Part shown: positions 9,488 through 19,328 of the stretch, piece after piece
How positions within the stretch are numbered: the stretch's first letter is position 1
Layout: every line of letters starts with the position of its first letter
Assembly: GCA_035533675.1 (NCBI GenBank)
Contig: DATLTI010000228.1
Coordinates: 1 to 43,775 of the forward strand
DNA: 43,775 nucleotides
DNA from: Acidimicrobiales bacterium
Lineage (GTDB): Bacteria > Actinomycetota > Acidimicrobiia > Acidimicrobiales > Bog-793
Direction of reading: 5' to 3'
Translations under genes and position numbers: made by a program
The notes under the pieces: generated by a model
Databases searched by the model: none
The model's input: only the letters and a program-made list of their open reading frames with translations
What the model was told of the DNA's origin: nothing

Positions 9488-10498
9488 TCACAGGTTCTCG
9501 CTAACGGAACGCACGGTTACGTGGCACGCCGCCGCATGTCCCTCACTCACGGGGAGCAGAGGGGGTGTGACAACGGAGCATATTTCCATGGCCAGAGGGC
9601 AACGCCAACGAAAACGACATCCTTCGCCGGGATCAATGACACGCGGCGGGTCACCAATGTCGCCAGCCGTTGCCTTAATAGCGACCATCGGATCAGGGAC
9701 GGCCGAAAGCAAGAGACGGGTGTACGGGTGGGTCGGATTTCCCAGCACCGATTCGGTCGGTCCGGTTTCTACAATGTTGCCGGCGTACATGACCACGAGT
9801 CGATCAGCGACGTAGCGGGCAGAAGCGATGTCGTGAGTGATGTAAAGCATTGATATTCCCGAATTTCGTAGATCGGTCATCAAGTTGAGTAGTCCGATGC
9901 GAACCGACACGTCCAACATCGAAACGGGTTCGTCGGCCAGAATCAGTCTGGGGTTACACGAAATCGCCTGCGCGAAGCCAATACGTTGACGTTGTCCACC
10001 GCTCAGCTCATAGGGATAACAGTTCAGGACCTCTGAGGCTGGACTCAGACCTACGGACTCAAGTGTGGCGATCGCGGTGTCTCGCCGCTCTTCACGACTC
10101 AACTCCGGCCGATGCAATTTAAGCGTCCGGAGCAACCCGTGACCAACGCTATGAACGGGATTCAGCGAGCTAAAGGGATCCTGAAAGATCAGGGGTATCT
10201 TGCTCCGATACGACAAGAGATCACGACGAGATCGAATTCTCGCGATGTTGCGGCCCTCGAAAAGGATCTCGCCGCTGGTTGGTCGGTATACGCGCGCGAG
10301 GAGTCGGGCCAACGTACTCTTGCCGCTACCGCTCTCGCCGACGAGTGCCACGATCTCGCCCTGGTAGAGATCGAGGTTGATGTCGTCGACTGCGTGCAAC
10401 TGCGCTCGACGAATCTTTCGGCCGATCGGAAAGTGGTGTGAGAGATTTCTGATCGAAAGAATAGGTTCGCTCGCGGATTCGGTTTCAATCTGATCCAA
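9488..10498 (-). CDS. Peptide/nickel ABC transporter ATP-binding protein (OppF/DppF-like)
   Basis: Walker A GESGSGKST, signature LSGGQRQR, and an oligopeptide C-terminal extension with a Cys cluster. TTG at 10498 is preceded by a GGAGGTG RBS; the track start is 10519. Confidence 0.85.
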   Translation of the reverse strand: MDQIETESASEPILSIRNLSHHFPIGRKIRRAQLHAVDDINLDLYQGEIVALVGESGSGKSTLARLLARVYRPTSGEILFEGRNIARIRSRRDLLSYRSKIPLIFQDPFSSLNPVHSVGHGLLRTLKLHRPELSREERRDTAIATLESVGLSPASEVLNCYPYELSGGQRQRIGFAQAISCNPRLILADEPVSMLDVSVRIGLLNLMTDLRNSGISMLYITHDIASARYVADRLVVMYAGNIVETGPTESVLGNPTHPYTRLLLSAVPDPMVAIKATAGDIGDPPRVIDPGEGCRFRWRCPLAMEICSVVTPPLLPVSEGHAAACHVTVRSVSENL

Positions 10499-11459
10499 CG
10501 TGCACCTCCGCATTCTCAAAAAGCAAGCACCGCACTTTCACGTCACCAACGGGCGTGACGGGCGGTCGAACCGTGGAGCACGATTCCATTGCATAGGCGC
10601 AACGTGGGTGAAAGGGACAGCCCGCCGGCAGTTGCGTGAGCGAGGGAGGCGAACCTGGGATGCCCTTCAGTCGAACTTTCGGACCGCGGATGGAAGGGAA
10701 CGCGCTCAGGAGCCCTTGAGTGTACGGATGCGACGGGTGCTCGAAGATTTCCCTGGTTGGACCGTCCTCCACCACGGAGCCGGCATACATCACGATCAAC
10801 TTGTCCGAGAAGTTACTCACCAGCGAAATGTCGTGCGTCACGAAGATCACCGCAAACCCGAGTTTCTCCTGCAGTTCCTTTATTTGGACCATCAACGATC
10901 GTTGCGCCACGACATCGAGGGCCGACGTGGGCTCATCCATGATGATGAGGTCCGGTGAAAGTAAGAGAGCCATTGCGATCATGACGCGCTGACGCATTCC
11001 ACCGGAAAGCTGGTGCGCGTAACTTCGCAGATGCACAGCATCAATACCGACGAGCCGTAACACCTCAGCGAACCGCTTGTCAGACTCCTCATCATCTTTT
11101 TGGCCGTGAGCGTGCATAACGTCGACGAACTGAGCTCGTATCGTCAACACCGGATTGAGCGCGTTCATGGCGCTCTGCATGACGACCGAGAGGTCCCTCC
11201 ATCGCACGGCGCGCAGCGAGTTCTTGTCAAGGGTGACGAGGTTTTCTCCCTTAAAGATCACCGATCCACCGACGAGTTCGGCCGGCGGCGAGAGAAGCTG
11301 GGCGATGGAGAAGAGCAGCGTCGATTTACCGCAACCCGACTCGCCAACGATGCTCAGAAACTCCCCCGCGTCCAACGAAAAATTGACCGTGTCCACCGCT
11401 CGCGCAGTTCCCTGGGGTGAGACGTAGTCCACACAGAGGTCGTTCACTTCAAGTATCAA
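10485..11459 (-). CDS. Peptide/nickel ABC transporter ATP-binding protein (OppD/DppD-like)
   Basis: Walker A GESGCGKST, signature LSGGMRQR, Walker B IIMDEPTSALD. The start overlaps the stop of the upstream permease gene. Confidence 0.9.
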   Translation of the reverse strand: MILEVNDLCVDYVSPQGTARAVDTVNFSLDAGEFLSIVGESGCGKSTLLFSIAQLLSPPAELVGGSVIFKGENLVTLDKNSLRAVRWRDLSVVMQSAMNALNPVLTIRAQFVDVMHAHGQKDDEESDKRFAEVLRLVGIDAVHLRSYAHQLSGGMRQRVMIAMALLLSPDLIIMDEPTSALDVVAQRSLMVQIKELQEKLGFAVIFVTHDISLVSNFSDKLIVMYAGSVVEDGPTREIFEHPSHPYTQGLLSAFPSIRGPKVRLKGIPGSPPSLTQLPAGCPFHPRCAYAMESCSTVRPPVTPVGDVKVRCLLFENAEVHVGSD

Positions 11460-12388
11460 GATGACACCGCCTTGCGTCGAACGGGTCGAAGAGCGGGATT
11501 GTTCACTTCATCAAAGGCGTAGTTCAACAGAGCGAAGGCACCACCCATAAGGCCGATGCCGAGGCCCGGCACGATCGCCCAGAGGGGGCTGCCGGTCAGT
11601 AAGGCGTCGTTGTTCTGGGCCCAGTACAGCATTGTTCCCCAACTGTCCGTATTCACACTGCCCAGGCCGATGAACTGCAAACCAGCCGCGGCGAGGACCG
11701 CATACACGGCGGCGCCCAGGAAACTCGCCACAATCAGTGACGTCATGTTGGGAAGAATCTCCGTCACGATGATTCTCCACTTTCGCTCTCCTCGGAGCTG
11801 GGCGGCGAGTAAGAAATCTCGATTCCTGAGCGAGAGCGCCTGCGATCTCAACTGTCGCGCCCCGTAGGACCAACCGGTCACCACCAGTACAGCGATGATG
11901 ATCGTAAATCCGCCGTTCTTCGAGTAAGCGGCGATGACGATCATGAGAGGAAACGCGGGCAACACCAGAAAGATGTCGGTGATGGTTGACAACACTCCGT
12001 CGGCGAAGCCACCCAGATACGCCGCTGATACCCCGATGATTACCGAGAGCGCCGTCGTCAGTAACCCGGCGACGATGGCGATGATGAGGCTGACGCGAGT
12101 GCCGTAAATGACCTGCGCGTAGATGTCCTGGCCGTACGAGGTCGTCCCCAGCAAGTGCGCCGAGGAGGTACCCAGACTGGGAAGGTAGGTCTCTGCGCTC
12201 GGGTTGTCGTGTGCGATGAGACCTGGAAACAGCGAGAGAAAAGTGAATACCACCAAGATGCCCGAGCCAACGATTGCCTTCTTGCTGGATCGCAGTGCCC
12301 GCCAGAAGTTGCTCAGGGATCCTCGGCGGATCTGTCGGACGTGGTCCGGTTTTTCCGGGACCCCGTTGACTTCAAGGACGGCTGTCAC
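11456..12388 (-). CDS. Peptide ABC transporter permease (OppC/DppC-like)
   Basis: 310 aa polytopic protein with a permease core; operon context. Confidence 0.9.
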   Translation of the reverse strand: MTAVLEVNGVPEKPDHVRQIRRGSLSNFWRALRSSKKAIVGSGILVVFTFLSLFPGLIAHDNPSAETYLPSLGTSSAHLLGTTSYGQDIYAQVIYGTRVSLIIAIVAGLLTTALSVIIGVSAAYLGGFADGVLSTITDIFLVLPAFPLMIVIAAYSKNGGFTIIIAVLVVTGWSYGARQLRSQALSLRNRDFLLAAQLRGERKWRIIVTEILPNMTSLIVASFLGAAVYAVLAAAGLQFIGLGSVNTDSWGTMLYWAQNNDALLTGSPLWAIVPGLGIGLMGGAFALLNYAFDEVNNPALRPVRRKAVSS

Positions 12389-12395
12389 GACCGCC

Positions 12396-13379
12396 TCACT
12401 TCGTGGACCGCGCGCGCGGATCGAGCAGTGATACGACGCCGTCGGCGATCAGCACAGCGAGCAGCACGGCGACGGTGACGAAGAGAAACAGCGTCTGCAT
12501 CAGCGGATAGTCCTCGTTGACCACTGCCTGCAGCAGCATGTATCCGACTCCCGGGTAGGCGAACACGTACTCGACGAGAATGGCGCCGCTCACCACGAAT
12601 CCCAGAGACATCCCGAAGCCGGTCAGGTTAGGGAGAATTGCGTTTCTCGCCGCGTAGTTGAACATGACGAGTCGCGAGGACAGACCCTTTGCGCGCGCCA
12701 TACGGATGTAATCCTCGGAAAGCGTACCGATCATGTTATTGCGCATCGTAAGAATCCAGCCGCCGATAGACGTCACGAGGATGGTCAACCCTGGGAGCAC
12801 GGCGTGTTGCAGCACATCAGATATATAGGACCAGTTAAAGGCCGGGGTTACTCCGTTGGTGTAAGCCCCCGACGTGGGGAACCAACCGAGTTTGACCGAG
12901 AAGAGCAAAATTGCCATGAGTCCGAGGAAGAAGTACGGGAAGGCGGAGAGCACGATGAATATCGGCGGGAGCACGCTGTCGAACAACTTGCCGCGATTCC
13001 AGGCTCCGATGATACCGATCAACGTTCCCAGTACGAAGGCGAGGACGGTGGTCACGCCGACGAGAGCAATCGTCCAGGGCAACGCGGCTAACACCACGCT
13101 CGAGACCGAACTCGGGAAGAAGGTCAGCGATATGCCCCAGTGTCCGGTGAAGCAGTTACCGAGGTAGGTGAAGTACTGCGACAGCAGGCTCGCCTTGGTA
13201 TTGACGCCAAAGGCGATCTCCATGGCCCGTATCGCTCCGCCGTTGAGATGGCCGTGGAACCTCGCCATCATCGCGACGGCGGGGTTCCCCGGCATAAGTC
13301 TCGGGAGCAGGAAGTTAATCGTCAGCGCCGCCCAAAGAGTGACGAGAAAAAACCCTGTTCTCCTTATGAAGTGACGCAC
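12396..13379 (-). CDS. Peptide ABC transporter permease (OppB/DppB-like)
   Basis: N-terminus MRHFIRRTGFFLVTLWAALTINFLLPRLMPGNP is the classic OppB/DppB start; 327 aa. Confidence 0.9.
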   Translation of the reverse strand: MRHFIRRTGFFLVTLWAALTINFLLPRLMPGNPAVAMMARFHGHLNGGAIRAMEIAFGVNTKASLLSQYFTYLGNCFTGHWGISLTFFPSSVSSVVLAALPWTIALVGVTTVLAFVLGTLIGIIGAWNRGKLFDSVLPPIFIVLSAFPYFFLGLMAILLFSVKLGWFPTSGAYTNGVTPAFNWSYISDVLQHAVLPGLTILVTSIGGWILTMRNNMIGTLSEDYIRMARAKGLSSRLVMFNYAARNAILPNLTGFGMSLGFVVSGAILVEYVFAYPGVGYMLLQAVVNEDYPLMQTLFLFVTVAVLLAVLIADGVVSLLDPRARSTK

Positions 13380-13440
13380 GCGTCACTCCAGAGTGTCACA
13401 TTCCCCAAGTCGATTTCCCTTCAATCCTCCGTGGGACTAG

Positions 13441-15093
13441 CTATTTGACCCGAAGATGCAGGAGGACGATGCCCCAGTCCGGAAACACGTTCGCGTACCC
13501 CTGAGCGTAGGGATGCGACGCAGTCGGCCAGCCCGTGTACTTAGCCGTCGAGTACTCGTCCCAGTCGGACTGCTCTGTCACCGGGATCACCGGCACGTCC
13601 TTCAAGATGATGTTCTGCAGTTGGTTTATGAGCGAATGCTGCTCAGCAGATGTGGAGGCCGTGTTGTACTCAGCGATTAGATGGTCAGCGATCGGGTTGT
13701 TGAATCGCTCCCAGTTCGTGGTCGCAGCCTTTCCGATCGGCGCTGTCTTGGCGCTGCTAAGCATCTGACTCAACTCGTAGTACGGCGTCGGTCCGCCCGC
13801 TTCGTACGCGTAGGCCAGCTGGAACTTTCCATCGTAGAGGCTGGAGCTGTAGTCGCCACCTGACAGATTGTCAACCGTGATGTCGATTCCTACAGCGGCC
13901 AACTCCGTCTTCATTACCTGAGTAGCTGCGACCCAGTCGCTGTAGCCACCCTCATTCAACAGACTGAATGACAGCTTCTGGCCAGACTTCGATTGGAACA
14001 CGCCCTTGACCATCTTGAAACCGGCGGCCTTGAGAATTGAGATTGCTTTGGCCGGGTCATAGGTGTATCCCGACTTGGTGAGCTGCGCCTTGTCGAGCCA
14101 CGATGAGAACGTGGGCGTGATGATCCCCGCCTGATTCGCAACATCCTCCTGATTGTGCTCGCCAATCGCGTCCACTTTGCTCTTGTTTATGCCGTAGACC
14201 ATCGCCTTGCGCACGGCAACGTTGCTGAGCAGCGGGTCGGTCTGATTGATGAAGATCGCGACATTCTGAGCCGGGGCCAGCCAGACCTTGTTTGCCGGGC
14301 TCTTGTCGAGCCACTCGGCCTTGATGTTCGCCATGCCCTGCCCGCCCCACTGGGCTCCTCCGGTACTGAGCAGCACGTCGGCCGGGGTGTTCGAGGTGTA
14401 CGCCGGATACTCGATCTTGTCGATCTTGGGCAATCCGGGCTGCCAGTAGTGCGGATTCTTCACGTAACTGACGTTCTCTGAAGTGCACGAGGAGACTTTG
14501 TACGCCCCCGTACCAACCGGATTGGTGTCCTTGAACGTAACGGGATTCTTGACCTTGGACCAGATGTGCTCGGGAACAATACCGATCTGGTCGGCGATGT
14601 AATAGAAATACGGAATCGCCTCAGTCTTGAAGTTCATCACCACCTTGTTGGCACGACGCTGCGTCACACTCTGAAGTACCGACCACACGGAGTTCAGATC
14701 GAGGGCCGGATTCTTCTTCAACATGTTGAACGTGAAGGCCACGTCGGCCGCAGTGAGTGGCTGACCGTCGTTCCACTTCACACCGCTGTGAATGGTGAAG
14801 GTGAGAGTCTTGTTGCCGTTGCTCCACGCGTACGCGGTGGCAAGCCACGGGGTGATCGCGCCGCTCTTCATCTCATTGACAAACATCAAGGGTTCGTACA
14901 CGGTGCCCACGCCGAGGAACTGGTCGATCGGGTTAAACGGACTGAACCCGCAGGTGTAGAGCCACTCTGAGTTCGCGATGGTAAGTGACGTTTGAGTCCC
15001 AGCCGAGGCAGGGCCCGAAAGTGGCACCACGAGGATGCCGGCAAAGAGAGCGACACTTACTATTGGAGCGAGAATCCGACGATGAATCTTCAT
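13441..15093 (-). CDS. ABC substrate-binding protein, family 5 (OppA/DppA-like)
   Basis: 550 aa with a Sec signal peptide ending PASAG; size and composition fit family 5 SBPs; first gene of the operon. Confidence 0.9.
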   Translation of the reverse strand: MKIHRRILAPIVSVALFAGILVVPLSGPASAGTQTSLTIANSEWLYTCGFSPFNPIDQFLGVGTVYEPLMFVNEMKSGAITPWLATAYAWSNGNKTLTFTIHSGVKWNDGQPLTAADVAFTFNMLKKNPALDLNSVWSVLQSVTQRRANKVVMNFKTEAIPYFYYIADQIGIVPEHIWSKVKNPVTFKDTNPVGTGAYKVSSCTSENVSYVKNPHYWQPGLPKIDKIEYPAYTSNTPADVLLSTGGAQWGGQGMANIKAEWLDKSPANKVWLAPAQNVAIFINQTDPLLSNVAVRKAMVYGINKSKVDAIGEHNQEDVANQAGIITPTFSSWLDKAQLTKSGYTYDPAKAISILKAAGFKMVKGVFQSKSGQKLSFSLLNEGGYSDWVAATQVMKTELAAVGIDITVDNLSGGDYSSSLYDGKFQLAYAYEAGGPTPYYELSQMLSSAKTAPIGKAATTNWERFNNPIADHLIAEYNTASTSAEQHSLINQLQNIILKDVPVIPVTEQSDWDEYSTAKYTGWPTASHPYAQGYANVFPDWGIVLLHLRVK

Positions 15094-15180
15094 TTACAAT
15101 CCCCCTTGGTTCGTATGAGCGACATTCGTTAATGTGAAGGCTGTTCCCATGTGCGATGGAAGCGGTCTTTCCATTTGTTG

Positions 15181-15212
15181 TTAATTTACACTAGACGTGT
15201 GAGATAGTAACA
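15181..15212 (+). promoter_or_regulatory. Promoter/operator-like motif TTAATTTACACTAGACGTGTGAGATAGTAACA upstream of the DeoR gene
   Basis: Contains TTTACA, a 17-nt spacer and TAACAT. It shares the blocks TTAAnTTACA, TAGA, TGTGA and AGTAAC with 20334-20367. Confidence 0.4.
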
Positions 15213-15269
15213 TCTTCTCAGGGTCCACGCTCACCGGATTCAGTAAACAATCCTTCTAGGTTTGAAATT

Positions 15270-16076
15270 GTGATATCTGCTCAGAAACGTCGTCAGGCAA
15301 TCATCGAAAAACTGCAAACCACGAGTGATGTGGCCTTTGCCGACCTCGCAGAGGAGTTCGGCGTCTCGGTAATGACCGTTCGCCGCGATGTTGACTACCT
15401 GGAGCGCGATGGTCTAGTTCGAAAGGTCTTGGGTGGGGCGATGAAGCTCGCCACCCGCGAGTTTGAGCCGGCTTTTGCGACTCGGGTGGCTGTGGCGGCC
15501 GCCGAGAAGGTATTCCTCGCTGATGCGCTTGTCAACATGCTCCTGCCGGGTCAGACGGTCATCCTGGACTGTGGTAGTACCGTGCTGGCGGTCGCTAAGT
15601 CGATTCGCGGACGCAACTTAGGTCTCACGATCATTACCTCCAGTCTGCTCGCGGCGCTTGAACTCGTCGATGAACCAGACACCGACGTCATCCTTGCCGG
15701 CGGTCATCTTCGCGCGGGAGAGGTGAGCCTTGTCGGTCCCGAGGCCGAACTAATGCTCTCGTGGTACAAGGCTGACATATTTATCATGGGCGTCGCCGGC
15801 GTCGACGCCATACGAGGCGTCACCGACTATCACCCCGGTGAAGCTGCGGTAAAGCGGGCTGCGATGGCTGCCGCTCAAAGGACGATCATTGTGGCAGACC
15901 ACTCCAAGTTGAGCACGACCCACCTTGCGAGCATTGCGCCCCTCAACAAGATCTCAGCCATTGTGACCGACGGTGACCCAGCCGAACCAACGATGGTGGC
16001 CGCTGCTGCCGCAGGGGTGGACGTGGTATGCGTTCCGATCTACGGGACCCAGTTTTCCGACGTGACTCAAAAGTGA
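15270..16076 (+). CDS. DeoR-family transcriptional regulator
   Basis: N-terminal DeoR HTH (RRQAIIEKLQTTSDVAFADLAEEFGVSVMTVRRDVDYLERDGLVRKV) plus a sugar-phosphate-binding C-terminal domain; GTG start. Confidence 0.9.
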   Translation: MISAQKRRQAIIEKLQTTSDVAFADLAEEFGVSVMTVRRDVDYLERDGLVRKVLGGAMKLATREFEPAFATRVAVAAAEKVFLADALVNMLLPGQTVILDCGSTVLAVAKSIRGRNLGLTIITSSLLAALELVDEPDTDVILAGGHLRAGEVSLVGPEAELMLSWYKADIFIMGVAGVDAIRGVTDYHPGEAAVKRAAMAAAQRTIIVADHSKLSTTHLASIAPLNKISAIVTDGDPAEPTMVAAAAAGVDVVCVPIYGTQFSDVTQK

Positions 16077-17563
16077 GTCGATTTACGGTTGGAATCGACC
16101 TCGGAACCACCGGCACCAAAGCGATCTTGTTCTCCCCCGAAAGGGGGGTCGTCGCGGAGACGACACGGGCCGTAGACCTATTCTCCCCTGGTCCCGGTTT
16201 TGCTGAGGCAGATCCCAATCAGTGGAAGACCAACGCCGTCGACTCGATTCGAGAACTGATGGCTACGAGCGAGGTGAGCTCAAGCGAAATAATGGCAGTG
16301 TCGGCCACTGGCATGGTTCCCGCCATCGTGTTGACCGACGAGAATTGCACCCCTCTTTATCGAGCGATGCTCCAAAATGACGCGCGCGCAACCCAAGAGA
16401 TTGGCGAGCTCGCACTCGAACTGCGTGATCTCGACTTAGTGACGATCACTGGGTCACCGCTCAGTCAGCAGTCGCTGGCGCCGACGCTTTCGTGGCTGCG
16501 ACGTCACGCGGCGCTCCCGATGAAATCCCTGCGCTACGTCACCGGCTCATACGACTGGCTCCTGATGGCTTTCGGTGCAGACGCTCACGTCGAGGCGAAT
16601 TGGGCCCTGGAATCCGGACTGTTTTCCATCGACGGCGAACCCGTTCTAGAAGTCTTCAATGCATGTGGAGTGTCACCCGACGTCATTCCTCCTGTTCGCC
16701 GCTCGTCGGACATCGTCGGTAACCTCAGCGTTGAGATCGCCGAAATGACGGGCCTCGCCGCGGGCACACCCCTGGTGGTCGGTGGTGCAGATCACGTGCT
16801 CTCGGCCTTCGGAGCGGGTGTGACCAATCCAGGAGACTGCCTCATCAAATTGGGAGGAGCGGGCGACATCCTCGCGGCCAGCGACAAGATTGTTGTCGAC
16901 GAGCGGCTCTACCTGGACGCCCATCCCGTGCCCGGACAGTGGCTACCGAACGGTTGCATGGCGACCAGCGGAAGCCTCATTCGCTGGTTCCAAAACCTCA
17001 CCGGGGCGCCCAATCTGGCACAACTCGACGATGCCGCTGCACAGGCCCCTCCCGGGGAGATTCTTTGCCTTCCCTATTTCTTGGGCGAAAAGAGCCCTGT
17101 TCACGATCCGCGTTTGCGCGGCGCCTTCCTCGGGCTCCACCTGGGCCACAGACAGGAACACCTCTTTCGTTCGATTCTTGAAGCGATCGCCTTCGGCTTT
17201 CGCCAACACATCGAGATATTCAATTCGATAGGCATTGACATAAGAAAGGTTGTCGTCACCAACGGCGGCAGCAAGTCCAAGCTTTGGAAGCAGATTCACG
17301 CCGACGTACTGCAAATGCCGCTGAGTCCTGTGGTCAATCATCCAGGAGGCGCCCTCGGCGCGGCCTTCGCGGGAGCGCTGGGAGTGGGCTTATTGCAAGA
17401 TTGGTCCGAGATTGAGCGCTACATACAGCTCGACGCTCTCGTGATCCCAAACTCGCAGCACGCAGACGTCTACAACGATGCGTACGAAGAATGGCGCAAG
17501 TTTGGAAGCATCACTACCGACCTCGCTCATCGTTTGAGCGATCGGTCAATCGGAAACGCGTAG
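16073..17563 (+). CDS. FGGY-family carbohydrate kinase (xylulokinase-like)
   Basis: VGIDLGTTGTKAILF phosphate-1 motif with FGGY N- and C-terminal domains. GTG at 16073 overlaps the DeoR stop (GTGA). The 15 codons upstream in the track ORF lie inside the DeoR gene. Confidence 0.85.
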   Translation: MSRFTVGIDLGTTGTKAILFSPERGVVAETTRAVDLFSPGPGFAEADPNQWKTNAVDSIRELMATSEVSSSEIMAVSATGMVPAIVLTDENCTPLYRAMLQNDARATQEIGELALELRDLDLVTITGSPLSQQSLAPTLSWLRRHAALPMKSLRYVTGSYDWLLMAFGADAHVEANWALESGLFSIDGEPVLEVFNACGVSPDVIPPVRRSSDIVGNLSVEIAEMTGLAAGTPLVVGGADHVLSAFGAGVTNPGDCLIKLGGAGDILAASDKIVVDERLYLDAHPVPGQWLPNGCMATSGSLIRWFQNLTGAPNLAQLDDAAAQAPPGEILCLPYFLGEKSPVHDPRLRGAFLGLHLGHRQEHLFRSILEAIAFGFRQHIEIFNSIGIDIRKVVVTNGGSKSKLWKQIHADVLQMPLSPVVNHPGGALGAAFAGALGVGLLQDWSEIERYIQLDALVIPNSQHADVYNDAYEEWRKFGSITTDLAHRLSDRSIGNA

Positions 17564-17609
17564 TGACGCTCCCAAGATTTGAACAGATTTCAGTTGAGAG
17601 GAACATTCG

Positions 17610-18374
17610 ATGGACATGCTGATGAAGGGAAACGTGGCTTTTGTCACGGGAGGAGGTAACGGGATCGGAAAGGCAACGGCACATGCCCTGAGCGCAGAAG
17701 GCGTCTCCGTTGCCGTGGCTGACCTTGATAGCGGATGGGCCAACTCGGTCGCCGAAGAAGTGACGCGGGCGGGCGGCGACGCGCTTGCGGTGACGGTCGA
17801 TGTGACCGACGAGGAGTCTGTGCAGCGCGCCATCGATGAAACCGCCTCACACTTTGGCCGGCTTGACCACCTCGTGCTGTGCGCCGGTGTCTCTGGTCTT
17901 TTCGGTCGCACCATCGACGACATTGCCGCGCGGGAGTGGGACCAACTCTTCGCCGTCAATGTTCGAGGTCAGTGGTTACCCGTCAAGTGGGCCCTGCCGC
18001 TACTGCGTGAAAGCCCCAACCCTTCGGTCGTCATCGTCGCTTCTGACTCTGCAGTCGTAGCATCGCCTCTTCACGTCCCTTACTGCACATCGAAGGGGGC
18101 GTTGATCATGCTGGTGCGATCGATGGCGGTTGATCTGAGGGCTGACAACATTCGCGTCAATTGCGTCTGCCCCAGTGTCGTCAACACGCGCATGCCCAAG
18201 AACGACATCGGTCTTGGCGACGACGCCGTCTTCGATGACTCGTTTCCTGTCCACGAACCCGAGGACATCGCCAACTATTTGCTATGGCTCTCGTCGCCGA
18301 AGACCAAGACCATCAGCGGTCACGCACTACTGGCCGACTTCGGGTACAGCGGCCAATCAAGTTTCCCGTTTTAG
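17610..18374 (+). CDS. SDR-family oxidoreductase
   Basis: TGGGNGIG cofactor motif and YCTSK active-site motif; GAGAGGA RBS. Confidence 0.9.
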   Translation: MDMLMKGNVAFVTGGGNGIGKATAHALSAEGVSVAVADLDSGWANSVAEEVTRAGGDALAVTVDVTDEESVQRAIDETASHFGRLDHLVLCAGVSGLFGRTIDDIAAREWDQLFAVNVRGQWLPVKWALPLLRESPNPSVVIVASDSAVVASPLHVPYCTSKGALIMLVRSMAVDLRADNIRVNCVCPSVVNTRMPKNDIGLGDDAVFDDSFPVHEPEDIANYLLWLSSPKTKTISGHALLADFGYSGQSSFPF

Positions 18375-18418
18375 AGACGCGCCAATCCCCCAAGAAAGTG
18401 GTCGGAGAAGCACTGGCG

Positions 18419-19234
18419 TCAGGCGATCCCATCGCGCACTTCGTTGACGACGGCCATGAGCTCTTTGACGCGTTCAATATCGACCGCGTTCTGAAACTCT
18501 CCATCGAATTTGAACGACGTTCCGACAATGGCGCCATCGGCAATGGCGAGTTGCGCGGCCGCGGAAGCCGGTGTCACGCCCGTATTGACGAAGACCGGTA
18601 CGGAACCGGCGTTGTCCTTGACTTGACGTAGGTCGGCTGACTCCGTGGGCGCGCCCGCAGTGAGGCCGGACACGACGATGCCCTCGGGCAACGTATTGAA
18701 GATTGTCGAACGAGTTAGATCGCCAAGATTCCGATTGGCCAGGTAATTGGCAGCTTCCGGTACCAAATTGAAGAGGAGCTTGACGTCAGAGATCCCGAGT
18801 CGAGCTCGGTGGCGCGCCGCGGCTCCGACGTTGGTATTCCAAAGTCCAAAGTCGCTGGCGTAGACGCCGGTGAAGACTTCGCGCACGAACATCGCTCCTG
18901 TAGCCGCAGCCAGATCCAAGGAAGCGATCCCATCCCACAGGACGTTGACACCAAAAGGTACGGAGATGTCGGACCGGATTTCTCCGATGATGCGAGCCAT
19001 GCTCATACCAGTCACGGGCTCGGTGGAAGTGAGGTACGGGAGACTGAATTCATTCGAAATCAGGACCCCGTCCACCCCCCCGTTCTGAAGATTTGCTAGG
19101 TCGGTCCGGGCGTGATCCACTGCGAAGCGCATTCCCTTGGCACTGTCAAAGTTGGGGTCACCCGGAAGTGCTGCCAAATGCAGCATTCCAATAACGGGCT
19201 TGGGATTCACGAACATCTCTCGCAACCAACTCAT
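18419..19234 (-). CDS. BtpA/SgcQ-family TIM-barrel protein
   Basis: KPVIGMLHLAALPGDP...NGGVDGVLISNEF pattern is typical of BtpA/SgcQ. ATG at 19234 has a GAGAGGA RBS; the track start at 19288 is also possible. Confidence 0.75.
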   Translation of the reverse strand: MSWLREMFVNPKPVIGMLHLAALPGDPNFDSAKGMRFAVDHARTDLANLQNGGVDGVLISNEFSLPYLTSTEPVTGMSMARIIGEIRSDISVPFGVNVLWDGIASLDLAAATGAMFVREVFTGVYASDFGLWNTNVGAAARHRARLGISDVKLLFNLVPEAANYLANRNLGDLTRSTIFNTLPEGIVVSGLTAGAPTESADLRQVKDNAGSVPVFVNTGVTPASAAAQLAIADGAIVGTSFKFDGEFQNAVDIERVKELMAVVNEVRDGIA

Positions 19235-19328
19235 TGAAACATCCTCTCTGGTTCTCCAATAATCTCCGACGCTTCCTCCAAAATCCATTGGTGAAGCCGA
19301 TGATGGTCATCTCGAATTGTCAATCGAG

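Noticed and set aside
16028-16072. 5' extension of the FGGY kinase ORF, and similar leaders on ORFs 20486, 27314, 35569, 43334 and 9155
   Set aside because: The extensions overlap upstream genes or lack family-like sequence. Internal starts have better RBS context and match family N-termini.
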